The position numbers were made by a program, and so were the translations under genes. Under the pieces are notes generated by a model. The model searched no databases. It was not told the DNA's origin and saw only the letters and a program-made list of their open reading frames with translations. 64,000 nucleotides of DNA. It comes from Phyllosticta citribraziliensis. Taxonomy: Eukaryota. Positions within the stretch are counted from its first letter, which is position 1. The number at the start of each line of letters is the position of its first letter. Of the stretch, positions 36,401 through 47,903 are shown piece after piece. The stretch lies in assembly GCF_038025025.1 (NCBI RefSeq), contig NW_027117338.1:1550001-1614000 (forward strand), read 5' to 3'.

Positions 36401-38279
36401 GACAGCGAGCTGTCAAACATGAGAGCATTGCAAGAAAAGAAGCAGAGCTACATCCAGGAGAGCGCCTTCTTCCTCCAGCGCTTGCGACAGCACATGGACA
36501 TGACTTTTGGCGCCGCTTTGTTGAACACGAAAGACGCCATCCAACGCCAAAGCGCTGGCCATTCGACAAAGCTTGACCCCGCTACGCACGATTTTGCCCG
36601 CAACGCACTTTGGCAATACAGCCCTCTGATGTTATTCGCCAAGGAAATTGACGGTCAAACCTGGGATGGGCTCCTGCGCTCATACCAAGAGCGGTCAAAG
36701 CCCATCTACAAGGACGAGTTTAGAGGGAACATGGCAGCCTGGACCAGGATGGCTCGCAAGATTACTGGCGACGAACAAGATCTCTTGTTCACCTCTCAAG
36801 AAAAGGACGCGGAGACTTTGAAGAGCACAACGCGCAAGCTTACCGTCAAGCGCAGTGGTACTCTTGCCCGAGGACTTCGATCAAGCTCCGGCGAGAAGAC
36901 CAAAAACATGTCGGGCACATTGTTTCCGTTTGAGGCCTTCAGCGGAGCGCTGGATGAAATGTGTCCACTTGTTTTTACAGAGCAAAACTTTGTCGTTGAG
37001 TTTTTCCACGCAACTTCCTCCGAGAATGTCGACTTTGCCGACGCTGTCAATGCCGCGCCTCCGTATCAGCGCAAGGGCTCCAATTTGCTGGCGAGGCGCA
37101 TGTTTGAACCAGATCGCGCAATGGCCAAGCGGGTGATTGAAAGCATGGAATCCATCTTTGGGTGGTGGCAGGGTGAGCTCCAAAGTTCAGCCGATGGAGT
37201 TGTCGGCAGTGATCCTCTGTAAGTACGGTCTTGTGTCTGTTGGATATGCGCTCTAACAAATTTCGTAGGCAAGGCGTTGGTATTCTGGCATCGTTGGACC
37301 GCAAGCTTATCGAACTTGAGGAAACGAACCAGGATTTCCTAACAAAGGTCATGCAGGGTCTTCAGGGACGCATATCTACGCAATTCCAAAGATTCGTTGA
37401 AACCCAAATTGCGGCCATTGAAGACACCAAGGTCAAGATCAAGAAGAGAAAGGGCGTCATTGCCTTTATCAAGACCTTCCCGCACTTTAGTGCCGCCATT
37501 GAGAACATGTTGCCGGCTGCAGATGACCCGGAGCGTCTTGAAGTCAGAGGCTTGATCGACGAGGCGTACCAAAAGATCAACAAGGCCATGTTCGAGTCTT
37601 TGAAGGTCATTGCCAAGGAAAGTCCGACCGCCATGGCTGCACAGGTGCCCGGTGTGTCTGGCGTTGGTGCAGACCCCGAGGACAAGGAGGCTCTGAACTA
37701 CCACATTCTGCACATTGAAAACATGAATCACTACATTGAAGAGGTCGACGAGCGCGGCGATATTGTCCTCGGCGAATGGAAGGAGAGGGCGCAGGGCGAG
37801 ATGAATGAGCACATGTCGCTTTACGTGGACGCTGTCATCCGCCGCCCTCTGGGCAAGCTTCTGGTGGGTATACGAAAAACTCGAGATGGAACGAACACGT
37901 CTAACATGAGGCTTAGGATTTCCTTACTCCAATTCCCGGTCTCCTGCGGGCAATGCCTTCAGGGACGCCGCAAAGCGCTCTTGCAGGCCGCCCCTCGCAC
38001 AGCCGCTCCGTTTGGAAAAAGATGGTCGCATCGTACGATTCAAAGGAAATCCGCAAGGGCATCGAAGCGCTCCGCAAGCGCGTCGAGAAGCACTTTGGCG
38101 ACGCGGACGACCTGGGCATCAGCCGCGGGCTCGTCACCAAGGTGCTAGGCGAGTGTGAAAAGAAGTACCAGGACGTGTGGCAGAATGTCATCGAGGTCAA
38201 CAACACCATCTACGGTGGTGATGTCGATGTTGGTACCTGGGGAGACGAGATTGGCGGTTCTTTCAGGGGATCCAAGTAA
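33413..38279 (+). CDS. SEC3: Exocyst complex component Sec3, 4 exons
   Basis: N-terminal PIP2-binding domain (YITH..V.ED, FSIGKTW...DL, KPYYW), Pro-rich linker, coiled coil IAFIEAQSQGLQVQTANQK, C-terminal KKRKGVI.F and IENMNHY; introns 33573-33629, ~37219-37268, ~37864-37916. Confidence 0.93.
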
Positions 38280-39212
38280 TTTAATCATGGACCGACGCGT
38301 GGTTTTACTGTGAGTAAGAAAAAGTCGGATGGTTGGGATGAATGGAGCATGGCGAAGCGAGGCTTTTCTAGTGAACAGCTGATCTTTCTGGGCTTTCACG
38401 TCGCGCGCCCGAAACGTTTTGCTAAACTATCATTGAGCTAGGTGCTGGATCGGTGTGAGGGCTATTTTTTTTGTTTTTGCTACCTGGTTGAATGGGCCCC
38501 ATATTCTGTCTCTTTCTCTCGTCTCTTCCTACGGAGCAGCAGCAGCGGCGGAAGGGGAAGAAGCTTTACGGTTTTGGTGTGGGTTGGGTACAGTGATATT
38601 GGTGGCTGCGGTGATGGTGATGGAGCGGCGCAGCGTGTTTTGCTTTTGGCCTTTGTTTTCTGACGCCGCTTCTCAGCGAGTCCCAGCTCGCTGATGATAG
38701 TTTTGTTTATATGCTTCGTTTCTGCATCATGTGGGCTGTGGTAATAGAACTGGTTCAAATCTTTCATCATTGTCTGGCGACACGCTTCGAGTTTCTTGAA
38801 CTCGTGGGGATTGCTCCTGCCCAAAACTGACATGGACTGTGATAGATTTAAGGTACCCATATGTTCTTCAAGAATCTGGATGAATATGGATAGATCAACT
38901 CGATGCACTCACTCATCTAGAAGCCGAATCTCAGTATTCTCAGTCCACGCCCCGGACCTGTCTGGTCTCGGCCCAGCTACCCGACCGCGCTATCGATCGT
39001 ATCTGGCAGCCGACAAGTAATCCATGGCGACGATTAACCCCACATCGATGCCAGGACATACCTGCATACTGCAGCCATCAGAGATAAAGAAGCAAAGAAA
39101 AATAGATGGAATACAACAAGTGCCCTCATGGTGACCACGGCTTCCACTGCGCACCGATTCGTGACCACCAACGTAAACGCTGCAAACGCAAAACCAACCA
39201 ACTACACCACCA

Positions 39213-40154
39213 ATGGGCTCCATAGCGACCCCTGCGCTTCCAGACGGCCTCGCAGCCCGCCAAGCCGCCCGCGACAATGCCATCCTCAGCACGTCCGGCG
39301 TTGCGCCCGGCTACTTGCAAGCCAACCTCATCGTGTTGCCATCACGTTACGCATCCGACTTCCGCCTTTTGTGCAAACGTAACCCGGTCCCTTGTCCACT
39401 TCTCGCCGAGTCCGTGGACGTGGGCAGCTTCGACAATTTGAAGAGTTGGATAGACGGAGTGGCAGGTGACAGCGTGGCGAGAGGAATCGACATCAGGAAA
39501 GATGCGCCGCGGTTCATGGTGTACAAGTAGGTGGCCTCGCTGCTTTGAAGGAGAGCGACGGACGTGGCTGATCACTTTGCGACAAACGACAGAGACGGCC
39601 AGCTGGTGAAGAGCAAATGCGAAGACGTCGTTGGAGAGTGGACCGAGGACCACGTCGCGTTTCTGATCGGCTGCTCGTACAGCTTTGAGACTGCGCTCGC
39701 CGAGGCCGGACTGCCGCCGCGTCACATGGTCCTGGGCCGCGTGGTTCCCATGTATCGAACAAACATTCGACTTTGTCCGGCGGGTGCGTTTACCGGTGGG
39801 ACGTACGTGGTGTCGATGCGGCCGTACAAGAAGGCGGATATCGAGAAGGTGAGAGATGTGACGAGACCGTATGTTACGACCCATGGGGAGCCAGTCGCTT
39901 GGGGATGGGATGCTGTCAAGGCGCTGGGGATCGACAATGTGAACAAGGTGAATTGGGGCGAGCCACCCGTCACAGAGAACGGTGAGCCGCTTACGCATGG
40001 GGATGAGGACAACGTGCCCGTCTTCTTTGGCTGTGGAGTGACTCCGCAAGAGGCTGTCATGAGGGCCAACTTGTCAGGCACCATCATGGGTCATGCCCCA
40101 GGCCACATGATTGTGCTAGATGTCATGGACGAAGATGTGATCCAAAAGTCGTGA
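39213..40154 (+). CDS. DUF1445 / D-glutamate cyclase-like putative hydro-lyase, 2 exons
   Basis: TSGVAPGYLQANLIVLP..YA.DF..LCKRNPVPCPLL, FLIGCSYSFE, VPMYRTN, VVSMRP, HGEPV, VPVFFGCGVTPQ, HAPGHM. Confidence 0.9.
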
Positions 40155-40481
40155 TTGAGGAAGGGTATATAAGTCATGAAAAGCTCCAGTCGTTCAATCC
40201 TTGACGCCGTGTGTCTAATAAGACAATCTCCATCATGCAAAGTGAAAAAGAACCGCCGGGTCGTGCCAAAAGTTCGCGCAGAGTGTAGCAGCCACGCACT
40301 CAAATCTGGGCTGAGGGACGTTAGCAACTGGTGTCGAAATCCAGGACGAGATTCGCCTCTTACCGCATCGCCGCTTGTCTTCAGGCGTACTCGCTGAAAA
40401 GTGCGAGTCGCGGCTGGGTACGTGACATTCCTTGCCACGTATGGCACTGCAGAATGGGGCTGCACCTGGCGCGCTGATGGC

Positions 40482-42195
40482 TCAAAGGTGATACTCAAAG
40501 TCGAGGGCTCTGTCGCCCGTCTTGACCTTGCGATTGTCTTCCATCTCACCACGAGCAATCTTCTGCTTCTCTTCGTTGCATTTCCTGATGTACAGCCACT
40601 TGGCAAGGATGAGAACCTGGCTGACGCAAATAGCACCGAGAGAGAACCTGTCGTTCTATTAGTGTTGTCAAAAGAAGAGTACCGTGCGAGTCTTACCCAT
40701 TGCCGAGCCGATAAGGAGCAGTACGATAGATCTGGCCAGCGACCACTCCTGCGGTGTTTCCAATAGTCTGCTGGAACCCAATGGCTGTTGCACGCCTGTA
40801 GTGTGGAGCCACCTGATTTTGTTAATCACACGTTCTCTAGATGCTGCTGTGGGCGACATACATTTACGTTGAGCCAGGTCAGGTTCAATCCGGGCCCGTT
40901 GTACACAGCAATAGCCGTGAGAAAGCAGCCGAAAAATTTGACACCGTCCGATACATCGGTAAGTAAGAGCACATAGCCGACGATGCCGAACATGTTCGCA
41001 AATGCCACAAACTGCGAACGCATTAGCAATTGCTTGGGTCTGCAATCAGGAGCGTTCGTACCGGTCCACGGATTCTCAGCCTATCCGAGATGAAGGCCAG
41101 AGCTAGGAAAGCAAGACCACCAACAACATAGACCGGGATGCACAGATATTGCGACTGAAGAGTGTTGTATCCCATGCCTTTAATGATTGAAGGCAAAAAG
41201 GTGCTGAAGCCGTAAAGGAGAATGTCCTGGCAGAACTGAATGCATCCACTGTGATTCAGATTAGCTCTGAACACCCGAGAAGGCTTTTCAAGCAGCGATT
41301 TTGGAGCTTCTCATACCTGACGTAGACTTTGGGATCCACCAAGGCAATTTTGACTTCTTCCCATGAGAACTCCTCACTGCCCATGTATGCCTGTCGCTGG
41401 ACTGCCCTGATTTGCATCATTTCCTTCTCTTCCGGGCTGAGAAAGTACGCGTTGGATGGATCATTTGGTAGCCCAAACCATATGAGAGCGGCGATGACGA
41501 TGCTGAACAGGCCCTCAATGATGTAGACCCACTTCCAGCCAGCAAGACCGGAAACGCCATCCATGTGCAAAATGCCATACGCGAGCAAACTTCCAAAGGC
41601 GCCAGCGATTGCAGTGCAGACAAACAGATAGGCCACACGCTTTGCCTGTTCCTCTCTTCGGTATACCATGGTCAGGTAAAGGTTCAGACCTGGAAAGAGG
41701 CCGCCCTCGCAAGCGCCGAGGACAAGTCTTGTCGCATAAAGACCCCCAATGTTGGTGATGAAGCCGGAAAAAATGGTGACGAGCGACCAAACAACGCAGA
41801 GACTGGTCATGAGGATGCGAGGAGTGAGCTTCTTGAGTAGAACAGCCCAGGGAGTCTCGAAGGCCACATAAGTAGCGTAGAATATCGAGACGGCGGTAGA
41901 AAACTGTTCAGAAGTGGCACCGATATCCTCCGGCATGCCGGCGGTCTTGACATTTCCTATGTTTGAGCGATCCAGAAAGCAGCTCTGCGCGCTGGTCAGT
42001 CTTGTTGTGTTGTGCCATGAGAATTTGACTTACCAGGTACACTAGCATTATGATTGGAGTAAATGCCAGGTCAAGCTTTGCCAAAAGCTTAGTCTCCTTG
42101 ACGGGATCCAGGTGCAAAACCGCCTCTCCGGATTCCGTATCACTCCCACCATCTTGATGTGGGCGTTTGGCGTCCATATTGACAGAGTCGGCCAT
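40482..42195 (-). CDS. MFS anion:cation symporter family permease (Tna1/Dal5-like), multi-exon
   Basis: KLDL, FLDRSNIGN, RLVLGACEGGLFPG, Y.REEQAKR, GWKWVYIIEG, SDRLRIRG; spliced end ...RALDFEYHL* at 40482. Confidence 0.92.
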
Positions 42196-42785
42196 GGCGT
42201 GGTTTCAGAGGTCGAGAGAGTGGTCTCGATTCTGTCGCGGGTACTTGAAAAGCACTAAAGACATGGTGTTTTGCAGGTGATTTTATCTGCATCGTCCCAT
42301 ACGATACCAGGTTAGGTCGCTGGCCTATCGCGGGGCTTGGCCTGGGATTGGTTCAGATTGCTGATCGGATTGCAAACCCGTGCAGAAGCGAGAGATAAGC
42401 CATCGTCTGTCTTTCTTTCGCATCATCCCACCGACTCATCAGATACATGGCGAGGACGGACATGACGCCGATGAAAGCCTGGTGCGAGGGATGGCAAATG
42501 CAGTGGCTGACAGGTCTGACGTCGAGAGGTGTCGTGAGGAGGGGAAGATGGCGGCCGGCCGGCGATGAGGCGCGTCCGTGCCACTTGATCGGATGCAAGC
42601 GAACGGCAACGCTGACTCCACCTTCCATCCAACACTCAAGTCTCAGCCTTGTCGCTGAATCACCCTGATCGGATGTGCTATCCAGTGGCTGCCACGGTGC
42701 AACTTTGTTCAGTTGTTCCTTGTCGGTAGAGTCCACGTTGCCCCCGCCAGCGGATCCACCTGCACCCCAGAGTGACCCGTCGATC

Positions 42786-45638
42786 ATGTCCTCCGTAAAG
42801 CAGTCTTCGCGGAATCGCAAGACCCCAAGAGTCAACGATCCATACAGACGAACCTCCTTGGCGTGAGATCACTCTATCGCGCGTACGATTGATACAAAAC
42901 TTCGTCTGACAAAGCTGGACCAGTTGCGAAGTCTGTCGAAAGCGGAAGACAAAGTGCACGGGCGAATTGCCTTGCTGCAGGTATTGCAAGCTGCACAATC
43001 TCGAGGCCAAGTGTCACTATCTTGAGCAAGAGCAAAAGGTTGCTGTGCCAAAATCATATCTTCTGGAGCTCAAGGCTCGGCTAAAAGCCTACGAATGCGA
43101 GTCTTCTGTCTGGTCAAACGAACTTGTTGACTGACTCTGTGGTAGCTGGCGCTGTTCCAACAAACACACCATTGGCGGAACCATCTCCAACTTCTGTAGA
43201 TGATCCAGAAAACGTAGAGTCCGAGGCTTTTGAGGAAAACCCCTTGACCGAGGGCCTTGCGCATTTGACCATCACTCCCTCAGGTCAACGACGTAAGATC
43301 TGCCATCCAGTCCAGAATCCTTTTCGGCTAACTTGAGAAGACTACTTGGGCCACTCATCGGCGACGAGCTGGGCTCTCCGACTGCGCAACTTTGTCGAAA
43401 ATGACACGCATCTTGACCAGGACCTCAAAATCGAGGTCCAATATCCAACATACAACCCGGCGGCATGGCCCAAACGTCGTCCGTCACTCACAGATCAAAC
43501 GAGGCTACCGCCATATGACTTTTGCCGTCATCTATACTATGCCCAATATCAGGTTTCAATATTCTGAGCCAAGTTCAGGAATGCCTCCTAACTGACTTGC
43601 AGTACATAGGCACGATCTTTTCATTTGTTCCTCCACGAGTATTCGAAGAAAGGCTGCAAAAGGCCCATGACGAGGCCCTGGATCTATCAGACCGTGAATC
43701 ATGCCTGGAGTATTGCCAGGTCTTGTTGATGCTCGCATACGGTCAGCTTTACAGGTGCGCTCGCTTCGCCGAAGAAAAATTATGTTTGTCTGACCTACTT
43801 CGACAGCGTCAACCAATGGAATAGTCCAAACGGACCGCCTGGATTTGACTTCTTTATGCAAGCTCTCGAGTTTTTGCCAGATATCCATGAGGAAGGGTCC
43901 GTGCTGTTCGTCGAAGTGCTTTCCCTTGTCGGCTACTTCATGCAGAACCTACACCGTCGAGATGCTGCATTTCTATACGTTGGTTCCTTCCACGCCTCTC
44001 TGATTCGAGAGGACTGACGAGTAATCAGATTGGCTTGGCCCTGAGAATGGCCATATCCCTTGGGCTCCATCAGGAGATGGCAGATCCAGACCTTGATGAA
44101 GAAACCAGAGAGCATAGACGGCGTCTTTGGTGGTCCGTCTACTCCATGGATAGGTAGGCTTCCTGGTCAACACCGATTGGCAGTACTGACGGATGAAAGA
44201 ATCCTATGTGCCAAATCAGGTAATCCAATCACGATTCTTGACGAAGACATAGGTGTTTTGCCCGCGTCGCGGCTTCCAGATGAACCTGAGATATGCCCCG
44301 CGACTGTACTATCTCATTACACGCAACTATCTCGAATCACTGGCCGGATTATGAACGGTAAGCGCTTCCAATCCAGTTCGATGACACGTATCGACCAAGT
44401 GGTGGAGTTTTCCGTCGAATCTCTGCGTAGTTCTTCGCTTCCACCATCTGACCGAACTAGACATCTACCGCAGAACCGGACAGAGCGTCAAAACAGGCCC
44501 CAGCCTCGTTGCTTCGGTCAGTAGCATCATGGACGATCTCAACAGCTGGCGGCGTGATCTCCCCGCCAGCCTTCAATTCGATCGCTCTCGACTCAACGCC
44601 GGTATCAAGCGCGAGACTGTTTCCGTCTTCCTCCACTTTTACCAGTGCGTCAACATGACGGCACGCCCGCTGCTCTTCCGAATTGTCCAGCGGCGGATTG
44701 CTTCTGAAACAAAAGAGACGGAGTGGCAAACTGGACTGTCTCCCATGACGATCCAAGTCATCAAGGCATGCGTCGCCGCCGCAAGAGACAGCACCGCGAT
44801 TATGCAGGCGGCCGCGCGGCAGAACCAAGTTGGTGAGTCTACGACTTTGCAATTGCTTGCCTGATCGGTCGACCGAGTTCTAACTGAAGCCGCAGCCAAC
44901 TTTGGCTGGATGGACAGTGAGCACTTGTTTAGTGCGGCGATCGTGCTCGTCATGATCAACCTCGCCTTTCCGCGCAACTCGCGCGATGCGCAGGCCATGG
45001 ACACGGCGCTCGAGGTCTTGCGCGGCATGGCAGAGAAGGGTAACAGCTACATCCGCGCACGCCACGAGCTTCTCATCAAGCTTCGGAGCGTGACTTCGGC
45101 GTCCGCAAGCAACCCACATGCGTCATCTTCTAGTGTCCCCGTCGCGTCGAACAGTGGCCTTGCTTTTACTTCTTCGTCTCCTCCACTTTACGACGTTAGC
45201 AGTAGCGCGACCACCAATTCAGCTCGACACGGGAATATTGCTCGCACTTCTCCGTCTGCACCTCCTTCCTACTCTGCTGCTTCCCCTATTCAAATGGCCG
45301 CACCTCAGAACCGAGCTCGACAAGACTCGTCGGCTTTCTCCCCAAACTTTGCCAGCTTTTCATCTTTCCCTGCGTCATCTTTCGGTGCCACGGCTGCGAA
45401 CACAGGGGCAGGGGCTGGGCCAACACAAGGAGCATCAGACGCGGGGCTGTGGGAGGACAGCTACGGGACCTTTGACGCAGGAATGAACGGCATGGATTGG
45501 GACAGTTTCTTGATGACTGGTGTCGAAGGAACAGCCACTGGTGATTGGCCAGTGAACGACGTGGAGCAGCAGCACCAGCAAAGGCGAGACGAGGGCTGGG
45601 CGGAAGTATTTGACGAGGATGGGGAGCGATGGGTCTGA
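42786..45638 (+). CDS. Zn(II)2Cys6 transcription factor with a fungal-specific TF domain, multi-exon
   Basis: Spliced ACEVCRKRKTKCTGELPCCRYCKLHNLEAKC; YLGHSSATSW; GLALRMAISLGLHQE...RRRLWWSVYSMD middle homology region. Confidence 0.92.
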
Positions 45639-45658
45639 GTAGCATCGGGGAGCAGCGG

Positions 45659-45872
45659 CACAGTGAGTGTCGAAAGAAATAAGACTTCCTGGCAATATAA
45701 ATGCGCTTAGAGAGCATTCATTCACTACTACAGCTATAATTAAGGAGTAACAATCTGCTATTACAGTCACGCTTAGGGAGCATCCATTCACTACTATAGT
45801 CACGCTTAGGAAGCATTCATGCGCTGCTGCAGCCAGACCCAGGGTGTCTCATTTATTTCTCCACCCACTGTG
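45659..45872 (+). mobile_element. MITE-like element copy E (4 x 33-bp units) with a 4-bp TSD GCGG
   Basis: gcgg|cacagtgagtgtcgaaagaaataagac ... gtctcatttatttctccacccactgtg|gcgg; units at 45705, 45738, 45771, 45804. Confidence 0.9.
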
Positions 45873-46363
45873 GCGGCTTAACGAGCGTAGGAATTGCAGG
45901 AAGGGGGAAGCCCTAGTTTTGTTCTAAACATCAGTGCATGTTGAACGCAGTTGAAGCAAGTGAGAATGACGACGGCGACCTCGACCATCCAGTCGGTACG
46001 ATGGCGGTCCGGAATGCTACAACTCCTTAGCCCAGGCTCGAAAACTGAACGACCAATCTAGCTCCAAGGAAAGAGACCGGGGAAACCCTATAACGAATGC
46101 GTCGAGGGCAAGGACCTTGGCAATTGTTGGCCAATGGCGCAGCGGCTCGTCCCGGATCTAGACCAGCTCCTCCAACGTCAGTGGCGGCAGGCGGACGACG
46201 GCACGACGGCAACGACCAAAGGGCCATCTGGTGACGTCTGACGAACAAGTGGGGACCATTCTCCACTACCCATGGTCGTCCGCATTGTCCAACGACGTCT
46301 TTCCTTTTTCTGAGACAACTGCGCTGCAGAACGTTGCATGGCCACACACAGCATTTACCTACC

Positions 46364-47042
46364 ATGACGTTCCAACAAGAAATGCGGTCGTGGCTTTCGC
46401 CTGAGCATAAAAAGACGAACCCCGTCCCCGAGATTGGCTCCAGAGCCCCGTCGGCAGACAAGCTTTCACTCTCGGGAGCCGAGGCAAAACCGACCGTCAT
46501 CACCTTCCTGAGACACTGCGGTTGCCCTTGTACGCTTCCACCATTGTTTTTGTGATCCGCAGGAGAAAGCACCGCTAAGACAGCATTCTTGCACACGCAC
46601 TCCAGTTGCAGAAAAGACGTTCCAGTCGCTCCGCACCTCCGCGGCGCAAAATCCAGACGTCCGCTTCATCGCCGTATCGCAGAGCGAACCCGCCTCAACA
46701 CAACGCTGGGCGGAAGCCGTCGGTGGCAGTGGCGCAGTTCAGGTCGTCGTCGACGCAGAGCGCGACCTCTTTGCGGCGTGGGGCCTGGGCGTGTCGTCGT
46801 ACTGGCACGTCCTGAGCCCGGGAAGCATGTACTCCGTATTCAAGCTGGGCAGACAAGAGGGCATTTGGAACAAGCCGACGGAAAGCGGCAATCGGTGGCA
46901 GACGGCGGGCACTTTCGCGGTCGATGCGGAGGGTGTTGTCAGATGGAGCCGGCCTGCCGCAAGAGCAGACGATTTGCCAGAATTCGACGAAGCGGTTCGG
47001 GTTGCAAGAGGGACGCCGACATTAGAGAGGGCCAAGTTGTAA
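46364..47042 (+). CDS. AhpC/TSA (peroxiredoxin-like 2 family) thioredoxin-fold protein, 2 exons
   Basis: EIGSRAP, VITFLRHCGCP(intron)AEK CxxC-like motif, VVVDAERDLFAAWGLG, GNRWQTAGTFAVD. Confidence 0.8.
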
Positions 47043-47903
47043 TTGGTGCGGTGACGAGCGGCCTCGCTGCCGCTGCTGCGATGCAGTTAAGGTGAAGTCC
47101 AAAGAGGCTATGGATAAAAAGAAGCTTGACATGTCTCTCGGCGCGTGCAGTCGTCAGTCGGTCAGTCGGTCGATGGTGGCTTGTTCCAATTAAAGTCGCT
47201 GACTCAACCGCTCGCTTAACTATGCTTTGAACGACTCACGCAGACCGTCCACCTTTTCCCAAGACGACCTGCTCACCTTCTTCTTCTTCTTCTGGCACGC
47301 AACGCGAGCATCTTTACGTGCTGCCTTCTGGTCCCTTCGAATATCAGCGTCACGAAGCAGCTGTTTTTTCAGGAACCGCTGCCAAATTCCTCAACGGCCA
47401 CTACAAACGCGAAAGCGCGCGAAAGCGAGCCCGACGGATCCGCGCAGGGGCGATGGCGGGCTTTATTGCCAAAAGTCTTTGCCAAAAGTCTATCTCCCAC
47501 CTCTTCACGCGCCACAACTGCGGAGGAGACGCATGGCTGGCGGCTGTGTAAAGCAGGCCCGCGTGACGGAGCCGTTGGATCTACGGCGACGGCAGCACCC
47601 GCCTTCCGATCGTCTATGCGCGTTAACAATAAACAGGCGCTTTTTGAATTTTAAATGAAGAGCTTGGCCAAGTTTGTTTATACGGCGACAAGACGGCCGG
47701 ATGGGAGCGGAGAAGTGCACTGGCCAGCGTTTATTATTGGAGCCCCCTCTTTATCCGAATCTCTTAATGGGTGCTGCTGATTACTGGATCCTGGTGTGGC
47801 TGTTGTTGTCAATAGAGAAGAGTCAGTCAGTATAAGAGCGCCGCCACGGCCACTTGAAGGAGTGATATATGTGATCCCGATCAGCCTTTAATTACTCTCC
47901 AAG

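Noticed and set aside
45659..45686. Full 12/23 RSS (heptamer-spacer-nonamer)
   Set aside because: After a 12-bp spacer the sequence is AATAAGACT, only 5/9 identical to ACAAAAACC, and no 23-spacer partner is seen. Only the heptamer is supported, and the TSD is 4 bp rather than the 5 bp typical of RAG/Transib.
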